In this document: piece after piece, positions 39,231 through 49,634 of the stretch
Layout of the letters: each line of letters opens with the position of its first letter
How positions within the stretch are numbered: the first letter of the stretch is position 1
Virus record (IMG/VR): IMGVR_UViG_3300030419_004676
Location: 8,449 to 72,448 of that record
Strand: one strand, 5' to 3'
From: a virus
DNA: 64,000 bases
Program-made: the position numbers and the translations under genes
The notes under the pieces: generated by a model
Databases searched by the model: none
Told to the model about the DNA's origin: nothing
The model's input: only the letters and a program-made list of their open reading frames with translations

Positions 39231-42200
39231 ATGAGTAATAAACTTACAGAATGGTTAGTTAAACCTTTATTAGAAGATATAAAAATTCCTGTAGAGATTG
39301 GGGATACTATCTTAATGGGCCGTTTTAAGAATAAAAAAGTAAAAGTTAAATCAATAGGTTATAATGAAAAAGGTGATTTACTTATTAATAATAGGACTGC
39401 ATTAAAGTTTAGAATAGTAAAGACAGACAAAAAACTACTACCACATAAAACTACTGATAAAGATTCAGTATCACCTGATGGTGATATGAGAGGAGTAAAG
39501 AAGTTTGAAGTCACAGAAAATAAAGTTAGTTTAAATGTTCCTGGTGATGTAAAACGATTACATCAATTATTCAAAAAAAATAAAAAACAATTATATATCG
39601 TAGGTGGTGCAGTTCGTGATGCGATACTTGGTAAGAAACCAAAAGATTTTGATATGGCAACTGATGCAAAACCAGATGAAGTATTAAAGATTGCAAAGAG
39701 TGGTGGATTTAAAACATATTCAGTTGGTAAAAAGTTTGGTGTGGTAATTGTGGGTGGACATGAGATTGCAACATTTAGAAAAGATATAGGTAAAGGTAGA
39801 AGACCTAAAGCAGTAGATTTTTCAGATATTCAAGGTGATGTAAAAAGAAGAGATTTGACAATTAATTCTTTATTCTTTGATATTGGTAGAGGTGAAGTGG
39901 TTGACTTGACAGGTGGATTAGAAGATTTAAAAAATAAGTTAATTAGAACGGTAGGAAGTGCAAAAAGAAGATTTGATGAAGACCCATTGAGAAAACTAAG
40001 AGCACTTAGATTTCAAGCAGTGGTTGGTGGTAAGATGGATAAAGAAACAGAAAAGGCTTTATTAATCAATCCAAGTTTGAAAGGTGTTAGTGCAGAAAGA
40101 ATTAGAGATGAGTTTATAAAAGGAATTAAAAAAGGAAAATCATCTAAATTATTTATGGAGGCACTTGATAAGTTTAGATTTACAAAACAAATTTTCCCAC
40201 AATTAAATATACAAAAACCTTATCCAAATGTCAAGGATTATATTTTGTTCCTTGCAACTATTTTTAGAAAAAATGATGTCACTAAATTACCAAAAATTTT
40301 AAACAAATTAAAGTATAGTTCTAAAGAGTCAAATAATATAACATTTTTAGTTTATTTGAATAACTTTAACCCAAAGAATATCTATAATGTTAAAAAGGCA
40401 CAAGAGAAAACTACATTAACACCAAAACAAATCCAAGAGTATGGTAAATTAATTGGTAAAGATTTTAAAAAATTATCAACATTTCAATTATCAGTAAAGG
40501 GTGGTGGAACAGAATTTGTAGGATTAAAAGGTAAAGAAATTGGTGATAAGATAAAAGATATAGAAATGAAATTATATATGAATGAAAATATATTAAATGA
40601 ACGAAAGGCAGGATTTGATTCAGTTCATACTAAAAGTGCATTCAGTTCATTGTTTGGTGGTCATTATGCAAAACATGTTCCACTAACTACTAAATTTATG
40701 CAAAGTATTTTGGGTAGAGAAAGAGTAAGTGTATTTCATGTTAGTAGTGTGGAAGGTGCAGAAAAAATTGGAAGAATCATTGGTAAGAAAAGTGCATTAT
40801 CTACATTTACCAAAGTAGATAAAGGTGAGAAACTTGCAAAAGGACGAGGAATACAAACACAAGGTGGTGTTGTATTTCAATTAGAGGGTAGTTTGTTAGT
40901 AGCGAGCACAAGAGATATGCAAACTCACCCAGACAAAACAGGTCGTAGATGGGTTTCACCATTATATTTAGCAGGTAAAGTTGCTGGTGGTAAGATGTAT
41001 AAAGAAATACAAAATGGTATCAAGAAATTAAAAATAGATTATGATACTTGGTATGTTATTGAAAGAGATTTAAGAGATAAAATTGGTGAAAGACCAGAAC
41101 TTCAATTTACAGATAGTGATGGAAAACCCGATGGAACACCGAAATATGATTTAGTCCAACCAATATATGAAAAAGAATTAAATAAAATAAAGGCAAAGTG
41201 GATTAAAAAATATATTGATATGTGTTACAAAGTAATAAGAAAGTATAAACCACAAATCAAACGACACATATTAAGTCAAAAAGATAAACCATCAGAATAT
41301 GGTTGGAATGAAATCATTGTAAATCAAATTCATGTTCAAGATGTTTTTCTAATAGATAGTTTGATGTATAAAAATCCAGGTTATAGAGACCCATTTATAA
41401 AAAAAATGGAAAAGATTGCAAAAGGAAAAGTAACCGTAGGTAAACCTGGACAATTTAGAAAATGGTTTAATGAACGAGGTGGTGTAATTAATGAAGAGTT
41501 TGGTGCACCAGCTGGAGTTATACCATCACCAAGTAGAAAAGGTGTAAAGAAAAATAAAACAGATAAACAGAGTGGATATAAAAAAGTAACTGAAGAAAAG
41601 TCAAAAATCAAAAAAGTAATTGGTATTTATGGTGGTAGATTCCAACCATTCGGCCCACATCATTATAAGACTTATAAGTGGTTAGAATCACAAGTAGATG
41701 AGGCCTACATAACAACAAGTGATATTAAAAAACCACCAAGACACCCAATGAACTTTACAGAAAAAGTTCGTCACATGGTAAAAATTGGTGTTCCAAAGAA
41801 TAGAATTGTAAAAGAAAAAACACCATATGTGGCAAATAATACATTAAAAAAGTTTGACCCAGAAACTACTGCAGTTGTTTATATTTTTGGTAAGAAAGAT
41901 GCAGGAAGATTAAAGGGTGGAAAGAAAAAAAGTGGTGGAAAAACTTATTATCAAGATTACAAAAAGAATAAGAAAAATTTAGTAGGATATGAAGAACATG
42001 GATATATACTAACTGCCCCACACCAATCTATAAAAGTGGGTGGTCAAGAGGTAAGTGGAACCGTAATGAGAAATTTATTAGGTTCACCTAAAATAGATGA
42101 TAAAGATAGACCTAAATTATTTAAACAGGCCTTTGGATATTTTGATAAAGGTGTTTATAATATGATGACTAATAAGTTTAGAAAATTATTTGAAGTGTTT

Positions 42201-44003
42201 GATAATTTTATTATTCATAATGATTTAACAGATATATTAAAAGAAAATTCAACTACTAATCAATTTCCAATTGATGACGGCCCACCAACATTTTACGATG
42301 GATTTGGTGATTATAAAAAACATTCAAAAAAATGGATTAAAAGTATGTATTCATCTGATGATGGTCTTGGTTGGGAATTAGTTAGTTATATTTTAAGTAA
42401 AAATGCAAATGACCCTGGTTTGGATTTTACAACAAGAATGGATAAAGTCCCTACGGTTGCATATGGTAGAAGAGGTGCAGGGCCATATGGTGAAAGATTT
42501 CCAAGTGAAGACCCAGTTAAAGCATATAAAAAATGGTTAGAAAAAGTAGTTAGTGGATTAGAATTTGAAATTGTAAAATGGTTTGGACTAACAGATAATG
42601 AAAGAGATGTTACAGGTGTTCCTGTTGAAGCTCCTGCACTACCAGGTGTTCAAACACAAGACCAAAATACACAAAGGGCAATTGAACTTGATTTAGCTCC
42701 AGGTGATGATTCTATGGGTGATGCAATTGATGATATACAAGAGTCATTTATGAAAGATATTGAATTATTGATTGAGGGTGGAGCATATGGACATATGGCA
42801 CATCCATTTGATGATAATAATTTGACATTTTCAGATTTGAAACAGATAGTTATTAATGGTATCGGTGGAAAGTTAGATAGAGAAGATGGAGTTACAGAGA
42901 AACTTGATGGACAAAATCTAATGGTGAGTTGGATTGATGGGAAGTTAAAGGCAGCTCGTAACAAAGGACACTTAAAGAATTTTGGTAAAACTGCACCAGA
43001 TACAAAGGGAATTGCATCTATCTTTAAAGGTAGAGGAGAAATCAAGAAAGCTTTTGTAGGTGCAATGAAAGATTTAGAAAAAGCAATCGGTTCATTATCC
43101 GATAAACAAAAAGAAAAAGTATTTGGTAATGGAAAGAGATGGATGAATTTAGAGGTTATGTATCCACAAACAGCAAATGTAATAGATTATGATGTGGCAG
43201 AAATAGTATTTCATGGAACATTAGAATATGATGATAGTGGAAGACCAGTAGGTCAACCTAAAGATAGTGCTCGTATGTTGGCAGGTATGATTAAACAAGT
43301 AAATCAGAATGTTCAGAAGACATTTAAAATAGGTAAACCAAACTTTTTGAAAGTACCAAAACATCAAAATTTTGATAAATTAAAAACAATGTATATGAAT
43401 AGAATTAAAAAACTACAATCAGAATATGCATTAAGTGATAAAGATACATTGGGTATGTATCATGAATCATATTGGAGAGAATATATTTATAATGCATCAA
43501 AACAATTTAAAGTAAAGTTAAAACCTACACAATTTGCAAAGTTAGTAAAGAGATGGGCATACTTTGATAAGAGTTATAAGATACAACAAATTAAAAAAGA
43601 TTTTGGTGATAATGAAAAATTTTTAGATTGGATATTAAAAACAGATAAATTTGACCATAATAAAATTTTTAAAGATAATATTAAACCATTTGAAGTGTTG
43701 TTCTTTGATGTGGGTGCACAAATATTAAAAAACATAAGTGGATTTATGGCTGCAAATCCTGATATGGCAGTTCAAAAAGTTCGTAAAGAAATGAATAAGG
43801 CCTATATGGATTTAAGTAAAAAAGGTAACATAGAGAAACTAAAAAAATTAAAAACACAAATTCAAAAACTAAATGCAATTGGTGGATTAAAATCAATTGT
43901 TCCAAGTGAGGGTATAGTGTTCAAATACAAAGGTAAAGTTTATAAATTTACAGGAGCATTTGCACCAATCAATCAAATACTTGGTAGTTTGAAATTTGGA
44001 TAG
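39231..44003 (+). CDS. 1590-aa multidomain protein: class II CCA-adding nucleotidyltransferase + cytidylyltransferase-like domain + ATP-dependent ligase-like domain
   Basis: GGAVRD...DFD, RRDLTIN, EDPLR.LR..RF, ERIRDE; GRFQPFGPHH...SGTVMR; EKLDG...EGIVF...YKFTG. Confidence 0.8.
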   Translation: MSNKLTEWLVKPLLEDIKIPVEIGDTILMGRFKNKKVKVKSIGYNEKGDLLINNRTALKFRIVKTDKKLLPHKTTDKDSVSPDGDMRGVKKFEVTENKVSLNVPGDVKRLHQLFKKNKKQLYIVGGAVRDAILGKKPKDFDMATDAKPDEVLKIAKSGGFKTYSVGKKFGVVIVGGHEIATFRKDIGKGRRPKAVDFSDIQGDVKRRDLTINSLFFDIGRGEVVDLTGGLEDLKNKLIRTVGSAKRRFDEDPLRKLRALRFQAVVGGKMDKETEKALLINPSLKGVSAERIRDEFIKGIKKGKSSKLFMEALDKFRFTKQIFPQLNIQKPYPNVKDYILFLATIFRKNDVTKLPKILNKLKYSSKESNNITFLVYLNNFNPKNIYNVKKAQEKTTLTPKQIQEYGKLIGKDFKKLSTFQLSVKGGGTEFVGLKGKEIGDKIKDIEMKLYMNENILNERKAGFDSVHTKSAFSSLFGGHYAKHVPLTTKFMQSILGRERVSVFHVSSVEGAEKIGRIIGKKSALSTFTKVDKGEKLAKGRGIQTQGGVVFQLEGSLLVASTRDMQTHPDKTGRRWVSPLYLAGKVAGGKMYKEIQNGIKKLKIDYDTWYVIERDLRDKIGERPELQFTDSDGKPDGTPKYDLVQPIYEKELNKIKAKWIKKYIDMCYKVIRKYKPQIKRHILSQKDKPSEYGWNEIIVNQIHVQDVFLIDSLMYKNPGYRDPFIKKMEKIAKGKVTVGKPGQFRKWFNERGGVINEEFGAPAGVIPSPSRKGVKKNKTDKQSGYKKVTEEKSKIKKVIGIYGGRFQPFGPHHYKTYKWLESQVDEAYITTSDIKKPPRHPMNFTEKVRHMVKIGVPKNRIVKEKTPYVANNTLKKFDPETTAVVYIFGKKDAGRLKGGKKKSGGKTYYQDYKKNKKNLVGYEEHGYILTAPHQSIKVGGQEVSGTVMRNLLGSPKIDDKDRPKLFKQAFGYFDKGVYNMMTNKFRKLFEVFDNFIIHNDLTDILKENSTTNQFPIDDGPPTFYDGFGDYKKHSKKWIKSMYSSDDGLGWELVSYILSKNANDPGLDFTTRMDKVPTVAYGRRGAGPYGERFPSEDPVKAYKKWLEKVVSGLEFEIVKWFGLTDNERDVTGVPVEAPALPGVQTQDQNTQRAIELDLAPGDDSMGDAIDDIQESFMKDIELLIEGGAYGHMAHPFDDNNLTFSDLKQIVINGIGGKLDREDGVTEKLDGQNLMVSWIDGKLKAARNKGHLKNFGKTAPDTKGIASIFKGRGEIKKAFVGAMKDLEKAIGSLSDKQKEKVFGNGKRWMNLEVMYPQTANVIDYDVAEIVFHGTLEYDDSGRPVGQPKDSARMLAGMIKQVNQNVQKTFKIGKPNFLKVPKHQNFDKLKTMYMNRIKKLQSEYALSDKDTLGMYHESYWREYIYNASKQFKVKLKPTQFAKLVKRWAYFDKSYKIQQIKKDFGDNEKFLDWILKTDKFDHNKIFKDNIKPFEVLFFDVGAQILKNISGFMAANPDMAVQKVRKEMNKAYMDLSKKGNIEKLKKLKTQIQKLNAIGGLKSIVPSEGIVFKYKGKVYKFTGAFAPINQILGSLKFG

Positions 44004-44011
44004 GAGTTATA

Positions 44012-44578
44012 ATGGCAGGATATAGTAAAGAAGCAGAAAGACAAAATAAGGCATTAAAAGATTTAATGTCAGGAAAAGAACATACAAAAGATTATATACA
44101 AGTAGGATACGAGGGTAAACAAGAAAATCAAGGTGGTAAAACTCGTGAGAGTAAAATGACAGATATTATGAAATCTGTCAGAATGCCTTGGTTTTGTCCA
44201 TCATGTAAAAAGGCAATGAAGAAAAAACTTGATAGAAAGTTTTGGAGAACAAAGGGTCATTGCTTTGATTGTCAGATAGAAATTGAAAATAAGATGAAAA
44301 TCAATGGTGAATTTGAAAAATATGCAGAGACAATAAAATTAGAAAATCAAAAAGCATATTTAGTAGATTTGGAACAAAGTATTGATGAATTTGAAAAATC
44401 TGGTGGTAAAAAAGAATGGTTGAATAATGTTGGTGTCAACACTCCAGAACTTGAAAAAGAGAAATGGGAAATGGGTGAGGCACAATTTGAAGAAACCATT
44501 AAAGAAGCACGAGAATTTATTCAAAATGCAAAAGAAAAAATTGAAGAATTTGAACAACAACTACAAGGAGATGAATAA
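44012..44578 (+). CDS. Hypothetical protein with Zn-finger (CxxC...CxxC)
   Basis: CPSC...CFDC; AGGAG RBS. Confidence 0.65.
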   Translation: MAGYSKEAERQNKALKDLMSGKEHTKDYIQVGYEGKQENQGGKTRESKMTDIMKSVRMPWFCPSCKKAMKKKLDRKFWRTKGHCFDCQIEIENKMKINGEFEKYAETIKLENQKAYLVDLEQSIDEFEKSGGKKEWLNNVGVNTPELEKEKWEMGEAQFEETIKEAREFIQNAKEKIEEFEQQLQGDE

Positions 44579-44859
44579 TGGGTATCATTGAATTCATAAT
44601 GAATCTATTTTTTGGCGGAAAGAAAAAAGAAGAAGTCAAGAAATTAGATAAGGCAATTGAGAAGAAAAACGAAGAAGTAAAATCACTTGAAAAAGAAGTG
44701 GTTAAACTTGAAAAGAAGAAAAAAGTAAACAAAAAAGAAGTTGCTAATCTTAAAAGAAAAGTGACTAATACTAAGAAACAAATATTAAAGGCTGAGGAAG
44801 CATCTAAAACTAACGATGTTGATGAAGCTGTAAAATTTTTGAAGAAATTTAGTAAGTAA
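44578..44859 (+). CDS. Small coiled-coil protein with hydrophobic N-terminus (possible spanin-like lysis component)
   Basis: MGIIEFIMNLFF followed by K/E heptads. Confidence 0.4.
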   Translation: MGIIEFIMNLFFGGKKKEEVKKLDKAIEKKNEEVKSLEKEVVKLEKKKKVNKKEVANLKRKVTNTKKQILKAEEASKTNDVDEAVKFLKKFSK

Positions 44860-44862
44860 TAT

Positions 44863-44871
44863 ATATTTATA
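44863..44871 (+). promoter_or_regulatory. ATATTTATW motif, putative late promoter
   Basis: ATATTTATA in the gap, only 3 nt before ATG 44875. Confidence 0.45.
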
Positions 44872-44874
44872 TAT

Positions 44875-45252
44875 ATGAGATATTTAATTTACATATTATT
44901 CATTGGTTTGTTATTTGGGCAAGATAAGAAAACCTTTACTTTTTCAGAGGAAGAAGTTCTTAATTTTACTAATAAAATCAAAGAATTAGAGTTAAAAGAT
45001 AGTTTGAATGTATCTTTAGTAATGGATTTGGAAAAACAAATCTCATTATTAGAGGAAAATTCAAAATCTGATTCATTGATTATTGATTTTAGAACACAAC
45101 AACTTCAATTACAAGAAGAAACTATTAATCTTTATAAGGAAAAAGTTAAAGTTGTTAGACCTAAGTGGCACGAAAACAAATGGTTATGGTTTGTTTATGG
45201 TGTTGGGGCTACGGCAATTTCAGTTAATCTTGCAGGACAATTAGCAGACTAA
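44875..45252 (+). CDS. Secreted/membrane coiled-coil protein (possible spanin-like)
   Basis: Signal-like MRYLIYILFIGLLFG|Q, coiled coil, C-terminal hydrophobic WLWFVYGVGATAISV. Confidence 0.45.
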   Translation: MRYLIYILFIGLLFGQDKKTFTFSEEEVLNFTNKIKELELKDSLNVSLVMDLEKQISLLEENSKSDSLIIDFRTQQLQLQEETINLYKEKVKVVRPKWHENKWLWFVYGVGATAISVNLAGQLAD

Positions 45253-46823
45253 TGGCAGAACAATTAAAAGATGTAATTAAACAAGAGTATATTAAGTCTG
45301 CAAAAGACCCTGCATACTTCTTAAAAAAGTATTGTGTAATTCAACATCCAATTCATGGTAAAGTTCCATTTGATTTATATGACTTTCAAGAAAAAACAAT
45401 TGAAGAGTTTGAAGATAATCGTATGAACATTATTTTGAAAGCTCGTCAGTTAGGTATATCTACATTGACAGCAGGATATTCATTATGGATGATGACCTTT
45501 CATCAAGATAAAAATATATTGGTAATTGCAACTAAACAAGATGTTGCAAAGAATTTAGTTACAAAGGTTCGTGTTATGCACGCAAATCTACCAAGTTGGT
45601 TAAAACAACGATGTGTTGAGGATAATAAATTATCATTACGATATGTTAATGGTTCACAGATAAAGGCAGTTGCATCAGGACCTGAAGCAGCTCGTTCTGA
45701 AGCTCTATCATTATTAATATTGGACGAGGCAGCATTCATTGATAAGATTGATGATATATGGACTGCATCTCAGGCAACTTTAACCACTGGTGGTCAATGT
45801 ATTGCACTCTCAACACCAAATGGAGTTGGTAATTGGTTTCATAAAACTTGGGTAGAAGCCGAAGAAGGACGAGGTATGTTCAACTTCATTAAATTACATT
45901 GGTCAGTTCACCCAGAAAGAGATGATGAATGGAGAAGAGAACAAGATGTTTTATTAGGGCCAAGTGGTGCATCACAAGAGTGTGATTGTGACTTCTTGAC
46001 ATCTGGTACTGGTGTGATTGATGCAGTATTATTAGAAAATTTAAGAAAGAAAGAATGTAAAGACCCATTAGAAAAAAGAGGTATTGATAATAATTGTTGG
46101 ATTTGGGAACCACCAAATTATACAAAGAATTATGTAGTATGTGCAGATGTTGGTCGTGGAGATAGTGCTGATTATAGTGCTTTTCATGTTATTGATATTG
46201 ATAGTGTTGAACAAGTTGCAGAATACAAAGGTAGAATAAATACTAAAGATTTTGGTAATATGTTAGTGAGTATTGCAACAGAATATAACGATGCCTTACT
46301 AATTATAGAAAACAATAATATTGGTTGGGCAACCATCCAACAAGTAATAGATAGGGATTATCCTAATCTATTTTATACAAGTAAAGATTTACGATATGTT
46401 GATGTTCAACATCAGTTGACAAACAAATATAGAACAACTGAGAGAAATATGGTGGCAGGATTTACTACCACTATGAAAACAAGACCATTAATTATTGCAA
46501 AACTTGAGGAATATTTTAGAGACGAATCAGTTTTGGTTCGTTCTAATAGATTAATAGATGAATTATTGACATTTGTATATGTTAATAACAGAGCCGAAGC
46601 AATGGTAGGATATAATGATGATTTAGTTATGTCATTTGCAATCGGTTTATGGGTTCGTGATACTGCATTAAGATTACGAACAGAGGGAATTGAATTAACA
46701 AAAAAAACCTTGACTATGATGAACCAAGAGGGTGTTTATACACCACAAGATACGACAAATGATTATTGGGATTGGGACTTAGGAAAGGATAAAGAAAAAG
46801 AGTCACTAAATTGGCTCTTGTAA
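45252..46823 (+). CDS. terL: Terminase large subunit (T4 gp17-like)
   Basis: KARQLGIST, LILDEAAF, STPNG, nuclease ADVGRG..DYS and DDLVMS. Confidence 0.95.
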   Translation: MAEQLKDVIKQEYIKSAKDPAYFLKKYCVIQHPIHGKVPFDLYDFQEKTIEEFEDNRMNIILKARQLGISTLTAGYSLWMMTFHQDKNILVIATKQDVAKNLVTKVRVMHANLPSWLKQRCVEDNKLSLRYVNGSQIKAVASGPEAARSEALSLLILDEAAFIDKIDDIWTASQATLTTGGQCIALSTPNGVGNWFHKTWVEAEEGRGMFNFIKLHWSVHPERDDEWRREQDVLLGPSGASQECDCDFLTSGTGVIDAVLLENLRKKECKDPLEKRGIDNNCWIWEPPNYTKNYVVCADVGRGDSADYSAFHVIDIDSVEQVAEYKGRINTKDFGNMLVSIATEYNDALLIIENNNIGWATIQQVIDRDYPNLFYTSKDLRYVDVQHQLTNKYRTTERNMVAGFTTTMKTRPLIIAKLEEYFRDESVLVRSNRLIDELLTFVYVNNRAEAMVGYNDDLVMSFAIGLWVRDTALRLRTEGIELTKKTLTMMNQEGVYTPQDTTNDYWDWDLGKDKEKESLNWLL

Positions 46824-46835
46824 GTGAGGTAAAAA

Positions 46836-48701
46836 ATGGCAGATACAACATTATTTGGAAGACTGAGACGATTATTTAGTACAAATGTAATCGTAAGAAA
46901 TGTCGGTGGTCGTAAATTAAAGATTGCTGATACAGACCAAATACAAACACAAGTTAAGTCACATCTTGTTGACAGATATTCAAAGTTACATAGTAATTTG
47001 GATTTAGTTGGAACTGGATATTCCACCGTCCATCAAGTTATGGCTGCAAGACTTGCACTATTCAAAGATTATGAATCAATGGATAGTGATAGTATCATAT
47101 CAAGTGCATTAGATATATACTCTGATGAATCAACGATGAAATCAGAATATGGTGATGTATTAGAAATTAAATCAGACAATGAAAACATAAAAGAGATATT
47201 ACATAATTTATTTTATGATATTATGAATATTGAGTTCACCTTATGGCCTTGGGTTCGTAATATGTGTAAGTATGGTGACTTTTACCTTTATTTAGATGTT
47301 AGTGAAAAGTATGGTATTACAAATGTTATTCCATTGTCACCTTATGAAGTCGTAAGAGCAGAGGGAGAAGACCCAGAAAATCCTTATTATACTAAGTTCT
47401 TCTTAGAAAGTATTGAGGGAGCACATCCTTATCTTGGTCAACATAATAAACAAAGTCAAGGAAAAAGTATTGAGTTTGAAAATTTCCAAATTGCACACTT
47501 TAGATTAACTAATGATAGTAATTTCTTACCATATGGTAAAAGTATGATGGAGGCAGCTCGTAAGACATGGAAACAATTAACTCTTATGGAAGATGCGATG
47601 TTAATTCATAGAATTATGAGAGCACCATCAAAAAGAGTTTATAAAATAGATATTGGAAACATACCACCAAACGAAGTTGACAATTATATGCAAAGAATTA
47701 TCAACAAAATGAAAAAGACACCATTTATGGATGAAAATACTGGTGAGTATAATTTAAAATATAATATACAAAACTTAACCGAAGATTTCTTTATGCCTGT
47801 TCGTGGTGGAGATAGTGGAACAGAAGTTTCAGAATTAGGTGGATTAGATTATGATTCAACTGATGATATTGAATATTTAAAAAATAAAATGTTAGCAGCA
47901 TTAAGAGTTCCAAAAGCATTCTTAGGATTTGATGAAAATGTCGGTGGTAAAGCAACACTTGCAGCAGAAGATGTAAGATTTGCCAGAACCATAGAAAGAA
48001 TACAAAGAATTGTTATTTCTGAATTGACAAAAATTGCAGTTGTTCACTTATATTCACAAGGATACACCGATGAAGAATTGGTAAACTTTGATTTGGAACT
48101 AACCAATCCATCTACAATGTATGACCAAGAAAAAGTAGAATTATGGGGACAAAAAGTTGGATTAGCTCGTGATATGATTGGTGATAAGATTTTACCTACT
48201 GAATGGGTATATGATAATGTGTTCAATTTTTCAAATGAAGAAAAAGAAGAAATCAAAAAACAAATAATAGAAGACCAAAAACAGAAGTTCAGACATGACC
48301 AAATAGAACAAGAGGGTAATGACCCAGCTCAAAGTGGTGATTCAGTTGGAACACCAAGTGATATGCAATCAGGTGGATATGATGAAGATAGTTCATCTGG
48401 TTCAGTATTCCAAGATGATGGTGGTTCACCAGAAGGCGGATGGGATGGTGCTGGTAGACCAAAGGAAATGAATAAATATTCCAAAGAAACTGGAGCAAGA
48501 GGTCGTGACCCATTAGGACATGAGAACTTAAAAAGAACTAAAAAAAGTAAGTTCCAATCACCATTAGCTTTAGCACATTATGATGCAGTTGTTAAATCTA
48601 TGGGTAATAAGAAAGCAAAAGATATAATCTCAGAGGATAAAAAAATAGATGAGATTAGTAAAGAATATGATGAATATAAATCAAAAAATAGTGTAGATTA
48701 A
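46836..48701 (+). CDS. Portal protein (T4 gp20-like)
   Basis: QLTLMEDAMLIHRIMRAP.KRVYKIDIGN, EDFFMPVRGG, DIEYL..K...AL.VP. Confidence 0.95.
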   Translation: MADTTLFGRLRRLFSTNVIVRNVGGRKLKIADTDQIQTQVKSHLVDRYSKLHSNLDLVGTGYSTVHQVMAARLALFKDYESMDSDSIISSALDIYSDESTMKSEYGDVLEIKSDNENIKEILHNLFYDIMNIEFTLWPWVRNMCKYGDFYLYLDVSEKYGITNVIPLSPYEVVRAEGEDPENPYYTKFFLESIEGAHPYLGQHNKQSQGKSIEFENFQIAHFRLTNDSNFLPYGKSMMEAARKTWKQLTLMEDAMLIHRIMRAPSKRVYKIDIGNIPPNEVDNYMQRIINKMKKTPFMDENTGEYNLKYNIQNLTEDFFMPVRGGDSGTEVSELGGLDYDSTDDIEYLKNKMLAALRVPKAFLGFDENVGGKATLAAEDVRFARTIERIQRIVISELTKIAVVHLYSQGYTDEELVNFDLELTNPSTMYDQEKVELWGQKVGLARDMIGDKILPTEWVYDNVFNFSNEEKEEIKKQIIEDQKQKFRHDQIEQEGNDPAQSGDSVGTPSDMQSGGYDEDSSSGSVFQDDGGSPEGGWDGAGRPKEMNKYSKETGARGRDPLGHENLKRTKKSKFQSPLALAHYDAVVKSMGNKKAKDIISEDKKIDEISKEYDEYKSKNSVD

Positions 48702-48723
48702 ATACACATTTCTTGAAAGTTTT

Positions 48724-48732
48724 ATATTTATT
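48724..48732 (+). promoter_or_regulatory. ATATTTATW motif, putative late promoter
   Basis: ATATTTATT 29 nt before ATG 48762. Confidence 0.55.
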
Positions 48733-48761
48733 AAAGTAGTATAAAGGATATTGGAGCAAGT

Positions 48762-49634
48762 ATGTCTATTTCAAATGTAAAACATAATAAAATAAAGAAT
48801 ACGGCGATATTATATGAATTATTAAGTCGTCAAATCACGGTGGATGTCCTAAATGACACGAAAAATTCACCCGCGGTTAAGATTTTTAAAGAATTTTTTA
48901 ATAAAAATACTGAATTGGGTAAAGAATATGAACTTTATCGTATTTTAAGTGAGAAAAAATATTCAAAAGAGTCTCATGCAGTAAAATTAATTGAGGCAGT
49001 TGTTACAAATCGCCAAAGATTATCTAATCGTAGATTAAATAACGAAAAATATAATCTTATCAAAACAATAAAAGAAAGCTACAATGTAAAGGACTTTTTC
49101 AATACACGATTACCAAACTTTAAAGTATTTGCTTCAATATATAAAGTGTTTGGTATATCAGAAAATCCAAATCCTATTGAAACTACAGATAGTACAATCA
49201 CATTGATAGAACACATTACATCTATACAAAGTAATGAGGTTAAAAAGTCTGAAATCTTGGAAACATATACAGAAGAAGATAAAGATTTGAGATTATTGGC
49301 ATATGAGTTGTTAGTTGATAAATTTAATAAAAAATATAAATCTTTAAATGAAAATCAAAAAGATTTATTAAAAGAATATATTAATAATTTATCAAATACT
49401 AATTCTCTTACTGAATTTGTTAATAGTGAAGTTGTTAAAATCAAAAAAAATCTTAAAAAGTATGTGAAAAAAGTGGATGATGATATTACTCGTATTAAAT
49501 TAGAAGAGGCAATTAACCACATTGACACATTGGTTCCATCAAAAGTAGTTAAAGATAAAAATATAATATCATTAATGAGATATTATGAGCTAATTAAGGA
49601 ATTACAAGATGTCACTATCAAAAAAGCAAATTAA
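48762..49634 (+). CDS. Hypothetical helical head-morphogenesis protein
   Basis: Long ORF with GGAG RBS directly downstream of the portal gene. Confidence 0.6.
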   Translation: MSISNVKHNKIKNTAILYELLSRQITVDVLNDTKNSPAVKIFKEFFNKNTELGKEYELYRILSEKKYSKESHAVKLIEAVVTNRQRLSNRRLNNEKYNLIKTIKESYNVKDFFNTRLPNFKVFASIYKVFGISENPNPIETTDSTITLIEHITSIQSNEVKKSEILETYTEEDKDLRLLAYELLVDKFNKKYKSLNENQKDLLKEYINNLSNTNSLTEFVNSEVVKIKKNLKKYVKKVDDDITRIKLEEAINHIDTLVPSKVVKDKNIISLMRYYELIKELQDVTIKKAN

